From positions 15,890,140 to 15,954,139 of the forward strand of contig CP154954.1 of NCBI GenBank assembly GCA_039621445.1: a DNA stretch of 64,000 nucleotides, read 5' to 3'. Positions 1 to 12,915 of the stretch are shown piece after piece; within the stretch, counting starts at the first letter, position 1, and each line of letters opens with the position of its first letter. Under the pieces are notes generated by a model. It worked only from the letters and a program-made list of their open reading frames with translations, was not told the DNA's origin and did not search any database. Origin of the DNA: Euglena gracilis (taxonomy: Eukaryota). The translations under genes were made by a program, and so were the position numbers.

Positions 1-1900
1 GGGGATCAGAGGCAGGCAGACCCTCACCGCGGCATCAGTTGCCTGTCTGTCAGAGGATCTGCCTGGCCGCCATGTACCTCGGGCCGCAGGAGTGTGTGGG
101 AGAGTGGCACGTCAGCCGCAGCGATGACAATGCCATGCTCTGCCGGCGAGACAGTCCCACCCATGCTGTTGCTTAGCTTGAATGAGTGGCAGGCAAGCAC
201 CCACAGTCATCCAGAATCCCAGACCCAGTCATGCCCGCTCACGCCCGGTCATTTCATAGGTGCTTGGTGGCAAGCACTCACTCGGGAGGTACGCTGGACA
301 AGTCAGGTTTTGGGGCAAAAATGCAAACTCCCCCCCAAAACAAAACCACACAAAGCAACGTCGAGAGAAACGCAGACGCCAGAAACCAGACGCCCTGCCA
401 AAAGGGGTATCGGTTTTCCCAAACCAAAAAAAAGCAGCCAGGAGGGGGAGGGCAGGCATAAGCAACCCTGCATGTCCCCACATCCGGCAGCACGGTGCGG
501 GGACGGGCGGGTGAGCGGCGCCGACGGGCCCGCCGCCCTGTCAGCCCGGGGAGCCCCGGCGAGCCGCAGCCCGCAGTGCGGGGGGCAGCAGTCCAGCACC
601 CCGGGGGCCAGGGGTGCGGGGGCGGGCAGGGCGCTGGCAGCCCTGTCCTCCAAAGGCGCGGGCCTGCAGTGTAACGCAGCTACTGACCCCCCCGGCACAG
701 CAACGTTGGAACGTTCCAAAATAGAATCTCTGTCCAATGTTCAATTATCCACGTCTGCCAATGTCAGGCAAAACTTAGAAAAAATCACACGGGAATCCGG
801 CCTCGCAGGCTGGAGGAGAGGACTGGGAGCCGTAGGGGGACTTGGGGGAACGACGAGGGGGGAGAGGGCCCCCAGGTTTGGACGGGTCGGGACTTGGGAG
901 CAGTGCTGGGCACCACGCTGGCCATGAGACAGCATCCAACTCCCTGCCGACCATGAGCTGTCTGTGGTCAAAGCAGGCAGTAATTATTTCAGGGCACCTA
1001 AAAAAAAAAACCTTAAAAAACCTTAAAACATTAAAAACCCTTAAAAAACCAGAAAAATGGCCAAAATAAAAAAAAAAAAAAAAAAAAAAACTCTTAAAAA
1101 TCATTCTGGCAAAGCTTGTTCCTGACGAGCAAAAACGATGTTGCAAAAACTCGACAAAAAAGCAAACCAACTCCGGGAAAAAATGATTTATGGCACCACT
1201 CTAACTGGGGAAAATGGGTTTCAACTTTTTTGTTAATTTTGGACCCCATTTGATGCCCAGGCGGACCCTAAAAAATATCCTGGGAATCTAAAGAATCCTA
1301 AAACACCGAAAACCCCAAAGAAAGAAAATCCGAAGAAAAAAATACTAAAACAAACCTGCAAAATGCCGACTTTAAAACCTTTGAAATGTTTCAAAATATT
1401 TGACTTAAAAAATAATGCCTGAAAGCAGGGCTTTACCTACAACAGGGTGGGCGTCCGGTAAACCCCTGGATCCGTAAGAGGATGGACAGAGTGTTATGAC
1501 CATGACCATACAACCACTCTTGCCTGCGCAGCGCTGGTCTGAAAAATTAAATATTTGGTGGCTGGAAAGCCCGCTGAATTGAAAGCAACCTGCCCTCCAT
1601 CTCAGGTAGGGTGAATCTCCTCTGCTGCCACCCCACAGCCAAAAAAAATGGGGGCTGTGGACGGCACGCACCCTCCCATTGCCCAAATACCTCATCGGTT
1701 TCGGCCGCTTTCACAAAAGCATCGACAAACTTTTTTGCATCGTATGGCACACCCGTGTGGCTGCAAAGAGTGGGAATTGACGTCGTCAATGCATGCGAGA
1801 ACGTGGCAACTACTGCCAGTTTTATCTTTCGCTGGTGTGACCGATTCAAAAGCATTCCCGCTGGCGCTCGTGGGTCCGCCCACCCTTGCAAATTTGTCAG
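1..1900. repeat. Segmental/TE duplication, copy 1 (runs off the window start)
   Basis: Near-identical to 18590-20508, including the nested 978-1421 element. Similarity ends after AAATTTGTCAG. Confidence 0.95.
978..1421. mobile_element. hAT-like non-autonomous element (CAG...CTG, 8-bp TSD)
   Basis: Ends CAGTAATTATTT...AAATAATGCCTG. Perfect TSD AAAGCAGG at 970-977 and 1422-1429. Internal CCTTAAAA repeats. Confidence 0.85.
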
Positions 1901-3439
1901 GAGAAGACCACCGTATGGTTTACCTCCCCCATGATGAACATTGTACTACGCCATCAAAAGATGAATCTTAACAGCAAAAAAAAACGAGAAAAATGCAAAC
2001 AAGGTGCCAAAAAGAAAACCGGAGAAGATGGATCAATCAGCAGAAACTGTGCACAAAATGAAAAGCATGTAAATTCCAAGAGCATGTGAACAAAAGAGAA
2101 CGCTGGAGTCCAGTATCATTCTGGAGGAATGCTGGAAACAAAACCGGAAATTAGAAGGGGGAAAGCGAAGGGGCGGGTGTCATCAGGAACAAGGAATATG
2201 ACGTTTGAGAGGTATCCTCCATCATAAAGAATGGCTCACAATCACCTTCGCATAAGTTGTCATCCCCGCACCCATGCGCTCCCATTGTCCTTCAATCTTT
2301 TCCTTTGCCTTCACAAGACCACGAGGGGCCTTTCTTCCGGCGCCTTTAGTGCCGTGCGCCATTTTTGGTCATTTCCGGTCATCCCCCCCCCGTTCCTGGC
2401 GTGCCCAGTGCCCAAAAACCAATCAGTGGACCAAACACCCCTGATGGTGGGGGGGGGGGGCGGGAAGTGGCACACACTAAGCAAACAGCGGGGTTTGCAT
2501 GCTGTGCGTGGACGGTTTGTGTGAACCAGCCCGGCCTCCTTCTTTGCAGCCGCAGTGCAAGCCGCGGTGCAAGCCGCGGTGCAAGCCTCGTGGACCTGGG
2601 GGAAGACGTAGCTGGGGGATGGTGTTGCGGCCAGGCTGCTGTTCTTATTGAACATGCGCTGGGTGGCTTTGCATTCTTGTCCCTTTCAATAGCTGTCCCC
2701 CAACCTCAGCACCGCCAAGCAGGGGTTTTCTAAGAGAAATCCACCAGGCTTTTGCTTAAGGACCCGGGGGGGGGGTCCACTGGCTAGCCACTATTGCTGG
2801 AGGTGGGGAAAATGGACTGGCTAGACCCCCCTCCTCCCCGGGGGTCTCCCCCCGGCTGGAAAAAAGTCCTCCAGCGCTGCGCACCCAGGTGGGAATGAGG
2901 TTTTAATTGCATTTTTGGCTGATTTTGTTCCAAAAAGAAATCCCAAATTGGGGGGCCAAAATTTTCGGCGCTTCGCGCCGGTCACTGGGACAAATTTTTA
3001 CACTGGATGACCCGGCTAGCGGACCCCGCTCCTGGGGATTTCTACCAGCCAACACAATTTGGACCAGCTGCAGCCCAGCCCCCCCCCCCCGGATACTGCG
3101 AAACCTTTACCTCTACGAGGAGGGGGGGTCCCGCGGACTGGCTGGAATAAGGATGCTGTGCCGCCTGCCCGGCTGGATCCCAGAAACCAGACAAAAAGGC
3201 CCAAATCCATCTGGGTTGCATTCAGCCAAAAATCTGGAGGTGAAAACCAAAAACCTCAAGAGTGCCGTTTTTTGGGGGCTGTTTTTGACTCCTTTTCTTC
3301 TAAAAAATTTTCCGTGCGTTTTCTTCCAAAAAAATTCTGGCCCATTCCTCTTCGCCACTGTCGCCAGTGACGCAGTCGCCAGGCTGCCCCAACTTCATTT
3401 CAGTAGACCCGGGGGGGGGTGTTCAATGGAACGTCTTTG

Positions 3440-3850
3440 AAGTCTTGATTCTGATGAAATACGTTGAAGGTAACCCTGTTCCCCTGCATTGAGGAAGAAA
3501 ACAGCCTTCTTGCAATCGCTTTAAAATATATGCGGTCGCGTTGCCCAGGAAACGATGCCCCAGCCCAGCAAGAGGGGGCAGCTGGCGGATGACGTGGGTT
3601 GCGAATGGGCGAGGACAAGGCTCCCCATCCAACCAGTGCGGACACACAAGAGGCAAAGGGTAGCAGAACGCAGTTTTTGATGGCGCGACCCAGATGGTTG
3701 TGTCCAGGTTGATGCGCATGTTCCTCACCGAGCGACGTGACGAGGTCGAGGGTGAGATTGGTGCTGTCGAATGTCAAGCAGGTTGGAAGCACACCCCGGA
3801 CGGTACGACAATTGGTACTGGTGCTGACGCACTGTCTCAATGGGTTAGGG
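3440..3850 (-). pseudogene. Degenerate coding fragment of unknown family (homologous to 39630-39910)
   Basis: DGEPCPRPFATHVIRQLP...LGHRF aligns by eye with NGEPCPRLFGMHVCRQLP...LGHRF at 39.7-39.8 kb. Confidence 0.55.
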
Positions 3851-4419
3851 TGCAGCTGCCCGTTAGGACAAGGAGTGATATTACATTACATACCACATAC
3901 TGTGTTTGCCAGCCAACCGCACACAACACACTGACGAGTGTTCATGCGCGCATATGATGTTCTTGGACCTATGATGTTTTTGGGCGTGAGGCATGTTGGT
4001 ATGTGCAATTGCACACACAAACAAATTTTTGGTACATATTATGGATTCCATTCTGGTCTGGTGACAGGTCCCAGGAAAGGTAGAGACAGGGGATCTCCTG
4101 AAGGTGGGAGCAGCCACCCAATAACGGCGCACGTCCGCTGGCACCGATTTTAGGATCCCAACGGCCCTGCCTCTGGCCACAGCCTGGGCTCCGCTGCTGC
4201 AGCTACACTAGCTGCTGATGCTTCAGCACCCACCAGGCCGGCATCGACCTCCCCAGTGCAACAGTACCGTACCCACCGAAGCGGACATGTTGTTCACCAA
4301 CCCATAATACCAGGTGTTAGAGGAGACAATGTGGTCATTGGGGTTGAACCCCTTCAGAAGCCACTAAAGGTGGTTGTTGAAGGGCCGAGTGATGCCGCTT
4401 TTTATTACTCCATTGGTGG

Positions 4420-5105
4420 TTAATTTGTGCATTAGTGCGCCAGTGCGCAAATGACCCACTTCTGAATTTCTGCAAATGGCTCATTTGCGCCTTGGCGCCC
4501 ACGAACAACGTGATGTGCGCTTTAGCACAAACGAACCACCAGCGATTCACCGGCGTTTGACGGTTGTATATTTTGTCACAACGTTTATGAGCAAACTGTG
4601 TTCATGGGCATAAATGCGCACACAAAAAATTTTGAGCGCGCTTTAGCTCCCAAGAACTGACGCCGTCGATAAACGGTGTGACAAACCCACCAAAATATAC
4701 TTCTGGACGGCCTGCTGGTCTGCGCCGTCACAACCCAATTGTTTATCGACCACATCATCTTCGGCGCAAGCACACAATTTCATTTATGGGCGCAAATGCG
4801 CGCACAAACAAAATTGTGTTTGTGCGCGCATTTGCACCCATCAAGACAATTTTGTTTGTGCGTGCATTAGCGCCCACGGTTTGTTTGCTAGGTTCTTTGC
4901 AACTAAACTGAATTCCCAGTACAGGTTGGGCGGGAATTCCCCTCAGTTGGCTGTCCCCAAAACAGGAATTTGCTCATTTTTTGCCCTCTCTTGTCGCTGT
5001 GTTTCCAAAGCCCTAGTTACGCAGCCCAAAAAAGTTTCGTCTCAATTTTCACAAATGCGCAAACTAACACAAAAAAAGGCTTAAATGCGAATTTGGCTAC
5101 CTAAG
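4420..5105. mobile_element. Right-end fragment of a CTTAG-TIR family element
   Basis: GCGCAAA-type subrepeats and the end CTTAAATGCGAATTTGGCTACCTAAG resemble the 29830-29854 TIR. Confidence 0.5.
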
Positions 5106-5669
5106 ATGCAACCCCATGAAAAAGGAGAGAGTTAACAACAAGGCCTGTCAACCATGGCAAGAATTTTGTGATACTACAGGGGAACACACGGTTTGCACAT
5201 GGAACTTGCGGGGGAAGATGCAAGGCACAAAAACCCCCGACATTCGACCAGAGTGTATAATTCCACTGATATTTTGGGCAACGTGTCGGTCCAGCTGAGG
5301 TGCCTTGTGCTGGTCAATCCCAGAGGGCTTTGCACAAATGGCACAGCGACACCACGCCGGCTGACAACCAAAACACACAAACACACATGCACCCGCGAGC
5401 GCACGCACGCACGCACGCACACGCACACGCACACACACGCGCGCGCGCACGCACGTGCGTACAAGCACGCACAGCCACGTGTGGGCAGGAACAAACAGTG
5501 TACAGATGCGGCTTGCCAGGTAGGGCTGCAACGACCCAGCCACTGCCCCACACCTGAGATTATCCGCTTATTTAATTATTTAATTGATTAATTCAAGTGT
5601 TCATTATCATTAATCTAATTATTTTGAGTGGCATTTCCCTAACGGATTTTTTGTTATTAATTTAATTTA

Positions 5670-5670
<1 letters not shown>

Positions 5671-5724
<54 letters not shown>
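5671..5724. repeat. (TTGA)n microsatellite
   Basis: Direct observation. Confidence 0.95.
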
Positions 5725-5794
5725 ATTTGCTTTTATTTTGTCAATTTAGAAGATGCATGAACTGACTAAGCCATCTCTTGAGGACCTCCTGGCC

Positions 5795-6140
5795 AGAGCA
5801 TTGTTTTTAAGCACCTTAAAAATCCTCAAAATGTCTTGCAATCTGCCTTACAGTTTTTGGCCAAAAATCCTTAAAAATTGGGACTAGCAGAATTTTCTTC
5901 TACTGAGCAAAAATGAAATTGTCCAAAATTTTTTGCAAAAACAGATCAGGGAAGGAAAATGATTTCTGGCATCGCTAAAACATCATCCATTTGACCAAAA
6001 TTCGAAAAAAAAAAAAGAGGTTTGATTTTTTTTTGATTTCGGACTGTGCGCAAAAATCAAAAACGTTGGTTTGATGTCCAGACCGCCTTGGACCCTTAAA
6101 AAAAAAATGCCTTAAAATGCCTTAGGGGGGGAATGCCTCG
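5795..6140. mobile_element. Diverged relative of the 978-1421 element
   Basis: Shared blocks GAGCAAAAA, AAAATGATTT.TGGCA, TTGATG.CCAG and CCTTAAAA repeats. Ends CAGAGCATT...AATGCCTCG. TSD not preserved. Confidence 0.5.
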
Positions 6141-6379
6141 GGGTTCAGGCCAATTTCACTGTCTGTCTGGAAAGCCAGCAGCTTGAGGCTGCCCCACCCT
6201 CTCCATCAGGGGGGGGGGTCTGAAAAACAAAAGGGGGACAAGGGCTGGGACAAGGGACAAGGGAGGTGAGGTCTTGTGAACTGTTCCAGAAGTCCCAGTC
6301 AGGAGCATTTGAATACCCCCCCCCCGGGGGAAGGCATCATCTGGCAAATACGAGTGGCCTTGGTGACAAATATCAGGGT

Positions 6380-6700
6380 CAGAAAATAATAATATTTTTG
6401 CAAAATTACACTGAAATAATGCATCTTTAATGAAATTCCTCACATATTTTTTGTGAGAAACACCAAAATATTTTCGCCATAACCACTCAATGGTCGAAGA
6501 AGGAAGGTGCTTCATGGATGAAAGTTAGGGCACACCAGAGCAGGTGTCAACTCAATATCCAAGGCACAATGACCTAGTTTGTGTGTTTGGGAACCTTCCA
6601 ACGGCTGCCTCTTTAAGTTGGTGTATTGCTTGAACAATTCGGAGCAGGTGAGACGGAGGCCAGCAAGCTGTCATGAACACTTTGATCTTACAAAAAAAAG
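6380..6700 (-). pseudogene. Possible PIF/Harbinger-ISL2EU-type transposase N-terminal remnant
   Basis: Frameshifted text HLLWCALTFIHEAP...GVSHKKYVRNFIKDAL resembles the HLLW.L.F motif upstream of DDE_Tnp_4 domains. Weak. Confidence 0.25.
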
Positions 6701-7139
6701 TGGGTTGTTTAGCACAATTGCGAAAAGGAACCACTTTTGCAGAAAAAATGAAAAGCACGTTTGCGCAACTGCTAGAGCGGGCGGTTCCCACAAGGCTTAG
6801 GTGGTTCCTTTGCACTTACAAACCAAGCAGGTGCTCTTTAGAGGGTTAATCGAACATATCGAGGTTCGGATGGGGAAATTAGGAGTTGCCTGGAAATTCC
6901 AGTTTCAACCCATGCCATTTTAAATGGTTTAAGATGGAACATGATGGGTTCAAACATGTATTCACACTGCAATGAGGGGGGGGGCGCCATTTGTTGGCGC
7001 CATCCGTTCTCACACTGTAAAACAAAACGTGATTAATCATTGATCAAACGTGATTAATAATTAGTCAAATAATTAAATAATTAATCAGCTAATTAAGTTG
7101 TTGACCCAAATTGGCTAGTTAACACACCAACTTTGTTCA

Positions 7140-7370
7140 AACCCCCCAAAAAACCTGGCGTGGTCCTTGCTCCTAACAGTGGCCAAATAACTTGGCGGCG
7201 GGTGGGGCAAAAAATGATGGTTCCAGTAACTTGGCACCCCCCCTTTTTAAGGCAAAGTTCCTTTATGACGTTGAAAAAAGGGCCGAAATAACCTGGCAGG
7301 GGGGGGGCAGGGCCAAAAGTTGGTTCCAGTAGCCTGGCACCCCACCAGGTTATTGGGGGGGGGGGGGGGT
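7140..7370. mobile_element. MITE with poly-C/G TIRs (same family as 18202-18418, opposite orientation)
   Basis: AACCCCCCAAAAAACCTGG...CCAGGTTATTGGGG..GGT. Interior is the reverse complement of 18202-18418. Confidence 0.75.
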
Positions 7371-8091
7371 TAGTGCGACCGCGGCGCCAAAGGCGCCACT
7401 GTCCCCGAGCAAGGGCGGTCTTTGACAAAAAAAAAGACTTCCCATCCCAGCACATTCAATGAAAAATTCGTAGGAAAAAGGAACGAAAAAATGGCCATAT
7501 ATTTTGGCGAAAATGGGTCGACTTCAGAGAAAAAAGTGATTTCTGGCACCCAAAACGTCAAAAAATGTGTTTTTGGATTTTTTCTTATTTTTGACCCCGT
7601 TCAATCCCGGATTGGCCGGGGCCCTTAAGGGAAAAAACTTTCCGTCCCTTATTGCGCTGAGCTTGGGCTCCCCCTAAATTGTCCTTGTGAAAGAGGCTTT
7701 CAACAACAGGAAGCACAAAATTTTGTAGCGAGCCTCACTGCGCTAGTGTGAAACTACAGAAAAGTTCAAAGCAATTTGTATTTGATTGAAACTGGGCAGT
7801 TTTTTTTGGTCAATCCACCTGGGGTTAAAAATGAAAAACCAAATAAGAAATAAATATAAATATAACAATTAGCCACACTCACAAAAACAAATCAACTCGC
7901 ATTCAGCACTGACACCATGAGGACATGCCCCGGGCATGTCCCAATGTCCTAATGTCATTATGGCATGTCTTTATGGCACAAAAAAGTGTGAGGATGAAAG
8001 ACATTTGAACTTCATGACGGCGTTGGGTCGTGGGGGAAACCATCGAGTGGGTGTGTTTATGACTTAAAAACGTCCGCATTCGGGGGGGGTA

Positions 8092-8362
8092 TACCCACCA
8101 AGCTGTCACCTGACAGGTTGGCCAGTACCGGGGACCCTGACAACTTCCTGTCATGACAGGTTGGCTGGTACCAAGGACCCTGACAGTTTCCCGGGGGGAC
8201 CCAGACATTTTCCTGGGCAAAGAATTTCAAGGGAAAATAAATGAAAATGACCCTGACAGGTTCGACGGTACCAGGGGCCGGTAACAGTTACCCTGACAGT
8301 TTCCTTGGCGGGACCCAGACCGGTTCTCGGGCATGATAATTTCCCAGGGTGGGGGGTAGGTA
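8092..8362. mobile_element. TA-flanked MITE with CCCTGACAG subrepeats
   Basis: About 6 copies of (C)CTGACAG/GGTACC motifs, with TATA at both ends. Confidence 0.55.
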
Positions 8363-8369
8363 TAATGCA

Positions 8370-8760
8370 ACACTCTGACGTGGTTCTTTGACCAACTAAG
8401 ACATGCTGCACAAACACTCGAGTTCGTGGATTCTGTTTCCACTATCCTCCTGTCTCAGAATTCTTCGTTGTCAAGGCCTTGAAAAATGAAATTAACTTTG
8501 GGACGCTTGTCAAATAAACCACATGATAAATCATGCACCATTTTGAATCGTTCCTTTGCGTAATTGCGAACTTCACAACTTTTATTCTCCAGATCCAAAC
8601 AGGTCGACTTAGGAGGCTGTTGGTTGATTTGAAGTGGTTCCTTTGTGAAATTGTGCAAAAAGAACAGAGAAGGTTCCTTTGAGAATTTGCACAAAGGATG
8701 GGTGTTACAGAGTCTCAACTTAAGTGGGGTGATGTGGCAAACCTGCCACACAGCTCAACA
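8370..8760 (-). pseudogene. Degenerate coding remnant inside the CTTAG element
   Basis: TCLDLENKSCEVRNYAKERFKMVHDL...EEF*DRRIVETESTNSSVCAACL reads through one stop. Family not recognised. Confidence 0.35.
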
Positions 8761-9023
8761 AACTGGTGGAAGCCCATCAGTGCTCTTTGTCCTTTTCATC
8801 TACGAGAAACCTTCTCCAGGAGTTAGCTTCCACACAGGGGTTCAAAATTCCACAACATATTTTGAGGGGAAAAAAACACCAAATTCCGCCCTTTCCCAGG
8901 TTTCACCCCGAAAACTGTGGAACTGCACAGGCCGCCATGCAACCGGGAATTCAGAAGCCTAACTCCCTTGAAATCAAAAAACACTTTCCTTTGCGCAAAT
9001 GTGCACGGGAACACGAAGGCATA

Positions 9024-9110
9024 AACCCTACAAATATAAAGCCCCCCCCCGGCTTTGTATTTGGGTCAGATTTCAAGACCCTCAGAGGGGGCTTTGCATT
9101 CGGGGGGGGT
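9024..9110. mobile_element. Short TA-flanked MITE
   Basis: TA-AACCC..AATATAAAGCCCCC / GGGGGCTTTGCATTCGGGGGGGGT-TA. Interrupts the CTTAG-family right end. Confidence 0.65.
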
Positions 9111-10533
9111 TAAGCGCGAGATCTACCACCTAAGATGTTGGGGGGGCTGAAACCTATTTCTAACACAAACGTTATGAATTATGGCAAATCCTGAACCGTG
9201 CAGTGACGGTATCAGCAGGGATGCAGACCTGTCACCTTAGGGCTGTCTCCCCCTGCTTATCTGCCCCCCCCCTTGCCCAACAACGGTTTCCTACAACCTG
9301 CGACATGGGGGAGGGGGGGGGGGCTCAGAGGCACTCCCTCACCTGCAAGCCCAACCAAGGTTGATGGGTATATAGGTGGACGGTGTGCAACGGGGGGACC
9401 AAAGGAAGCACCCGGCCAAAGCCACTGCTTTGGTGCTGGCCCGCCTTTTCAGTCAAACGGAAAGGGGCAACCAGCAGCAGTAGCGGCTACCGGGGCGGGG
9501 GGGGGGGGGGGGGGGGGAGTTGTCAGTGATCCGGTTTGGAGTGCCGCCACGGCAAGCGTCAGCCATTCTCATTCCCATCGACCGCCATCCAGATGGGGAA
9601 CTGGCACAGATTCACTGAACCTCTGCGCGACCCATGTGGGGCAGGCTTTCAAAGGCAGGTGTTTGGAATTGGTGTTTGGCATGGTGGGGTGCTTTGAAAA
9701 ATGGCGCTGGTGGGTCTGGGGGGGCGGGGGTGTTGGACTTAACTGGAGCCCGAAAGCAGCAAAAAAAAAAAACAGTCCAAATACAGCTAGGTTGAGATTA
9801 GGTGATTTCTTAAGGACCCCGCCCAGGGGAGGGCCCAGCCTCCGGCTGGCAAAAATGCTGCTGGCTGGACCCCCCTGGTGGGAGGGGGGGCGGGGGGGGG
9901 GGCGGGGGCTGGAGGGGGCTGGGCTGGGCTGGGTCGATGAAAACCAAAATTTTCTAAAACATTTTTTTCATTTTCGACATTTTGATGGATGGAGCTAGAT
10001 CAAGGGCGGGGGGCTGTGATGGAGGAAGCTGTGATGAGGGGAAAACAAGCATGGATAGGTGAGCTGGGCAGCCCAGCTGGCTGGCCAGCCTGCGGCCGCC
10101 TGGCCCGGCCTCCGGCCGCCTGGCCCGGCCTCCGGCCGGGCTGGACCCGACCGGGGGGAGCAGTTTTTCCCAGGCCCAAACCCACCCAGAATGTTTCCCG
10201 CAAAAAAAATCCCATTCGACGTTTTTCCCCCTCCGGTGTCTCCTTGCCTCTCCAGTATCGCCTTGGATGTGAGGAATGGCTGGGGCTGTCAGCAAGTCCA
10301 ACTGGCCTGGGAGGGTGGACGTGCCACCCATCCATAGAACAAGCCGCTGATGGCGCAAAAAAGCCAATGGCTGGGGTGGGCGGAGGGGTCCAGGCCCACA
10401 TGGGTGGCAGTTGCAGCACAGGGTTGTCCTGCCTCATATTTGCCGGGGAAAAAAAACAAACCAACAACCTCTGGGAAAACGTCTCCAGACAAGTCAGGTG
10501 AGAGACACAGGTACACAGGTCCAGAGAGAGGTA

Positions 10534-10906
10534 AACCCCCCCTAATTGTAGAGCGGGTGCTCTTGTAGTGGACGCTCGCTTCGCCAGAGGGGGGGTGCTC
10601 TTCTTCTTGTAATGGACATCACACACATTTTCCTACAGCCTCCCTTCCTCCACCTAAACCGGCAACCAAGTGCCAACGGCAGCCGACGTTGGGGGAATTG
10701 TTCAGCCGCTGAGCTCTGGGAAGCTTGTCTTTTTGAGGCAAGTTACAAACCTTTTCACAATCACATGGAATGACTTGCCTCGCTTCTGCTTCCATTGGTT
10801 TTCCAGGGGGATGCTCTTGTAGTGGACGCTCGCTTCGCCAGAGGGGGGGTGCTCTACTATTTGGACCCTGCTCTTGTACAGGGCACGCCCTACTATTAGG
10901 GGGGGT
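10534..10906. mobile_element. Tc1/mariner-pogo-like non-autonomous element
   Basis: TA flanks. TIR ACCCCCCCTAAT.GTAG / CTACTATTAGGGGGGGT. Internal ~45-bp direct repeat at ~10558 and ~10812. Confidence 0.75.
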
Positions 10907-12733
10907 TACACAGGTGGAAACAGGTCCCTAAAAGGGCAGATCAGCGTGTATGGGGGTAGAGGACAGTTTCCGGGGAGGGGGGGGGCAGGTATATGCATCA
11001 GCCTGTGCTACTGGCCTTGTCCCATTGAGAAATGATTTTTGTCATCATAAATTACCTTTACAACAGAGCAACAAAGGGAAGGTTCTCTCTATCTATGAGT
11101 TCAAAAATGTGAGATATTTAGATCGTTTCCAGGGTTTTTAAACCTGGAGGGAGGGTAAATCGTGCAGAGAAAAAAATGAGCAACTCTGGGGGGCAGCAGC
11201 TGGTCACTTAGAAAATTAGAGAAGACTAAAAGTTGATGAAAAAGATTGTGGAAAAAATAGTTTGATGAATTTTCTATTCTGGATGATTATTTTTGCTAAA
11301 GATTAATAATCAACTATTTTTTGCACTCTTTTGCCACGTGTCGATCAGTTTTATACTTACGCTTCATTGAAAGAATCGAACAAATGAAGGCTGTTTTCCA
11401 TCAAAATGCCAACATTTGCCGACATCCATGCATTCTCTGGCCATCAAGACCAGTTTCCAACCATTTTTGATCAATTTAGGATGGATCCTTCATAGGAGGG
11501 TGTCAAGGAATTGACAGTGGTCGAAAATTAAATTAAAAAATTGAAAAAAATAAAAAAAAGAAATCAACAAGTGTGAAGAAATTAAGGTAAGAGTTGGGGG
11601 ACTTTACCAAATTTCTCTCCGCCCGATGAGGCGGGGGACGCCGGACTTGCCGGAGCGGACCAGAAAGCCGGCTGTGTCGTGGCAGAAAAGACCACCGCAT
11701 GAGACCATCACAAGAGGTTCATTATTTACGGGATTCGGGCGACACAACTTCAGAAAGTAAATATCAAATAATTTTCACTCCGAGGCCGCCGCGGGAGAGG
11801 GCTTATCATTGTGGGCATATTCCAGACAGAGCCAAAACAACCTTCAAAATAAAAGGAAGGCAGTTCCCTCCCCCGTCCAGTCTCGAGCCTGGCCATGGGA
11901 ACAAAATTCATGAGAACCCCGCGCTGTCTCCTGTCGAGACGAGGGGAAAATACAGAGTCATTGCATCACCCTTGCTGCAGCAAGGGCATTGGAAACCCCT
12001 CGGGTGCCATCCACAAGAGGGGGAATTTCGCCCAGAAAACCACATTTTTTTGACCAGTTGAGTCGTTCAGCCGTTCTGTTCATTTTTTTTATGCATGAGT
12101 TGGCCGAGTGCAAATGACCAAGTGGCCCAACTGCGTGACCAAGGGCACCAAAGAAAATCTGCACCCGAGTAATCTGGGGACGTTTTATCCTCAACCCTGA
12201 GGAGTGTGTGAACACCAGAACCCACCCGCCACCCCAGCCACCCAAACAGTCCCACAGTGCATTGATGGGCTGATATGGAAAGGCAGCACACAAATTTTGT
12301 CGGAATGGCAGCAGCAGACCTGAAACTCAGGTTGGAGGGGCTGTTCGGCAGCTTCCTTCCCCAGGGTTGGGCGGGAAGGCTGGGAGGGGGGAAAGCCACG
12401 AAAGGACACTGCAAAGATGGAGTTTCAACACCAACCAAGGCCGGGTCCTGGCATCCAACACCCCAGGAGGCAAGCCAGAGGTCAGAGGGCTGCGAAGTGC
12501 CCGCAAGGCAGGAACCCCGCACCGCTTGAACCGAACCAGGGGCCACTGGGCTTCGGCTGCGGAGGACACACTCAGAGCATTGGGCAGGTGGGTGCCTGAC
12601 CGGGGTGTTGGTGAGGGAGGTTTGACACACGGGTGCCGGCCAAAGAACCCGGAAGCTACTGGATGTATGCGGCGCCTCATGTTATCTTATTTTTATTATT
12701 TTTGTTATCATTTATTTTATTGTTTTTATTATA

Positions 12734-12734
<1 letters not shown>

Positions 12735-12832
<98 letters not shown>

Positions 12833-12915
12833 CGTCGTCGTAGTCGTCGTCGTACAGTAGTCGTCGTAGTCGTAGTCTAGTAGTAGTAGTAGTAGTAGTA
12901 TATATTATTATTATT
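12735..12915. repeat. (TAT)n-(TAG)n-(TCG)n compound microsatellite
   Basis: Direct observation. Confidence 0.95.

Larger units (their letters stand above)
6796..9134. mobile_element. Old CTTAG...CTAAG family element with nested MITEs
   Basis: Left end CTTAGGTGGT...GCACTTA and right end TAAGCGCGAGATCTACCACCTAAG. No TSD visible, so the pairing of the two ends is tentative. Confidence 0.4.

Noticed and set aside
94-927. 277-aa plus-strand ORF
   Set aside because: Broken by a stop and frameshifts in the near-identical copy at 18.7-19.5 kb. Splice signals point to the minus strand.
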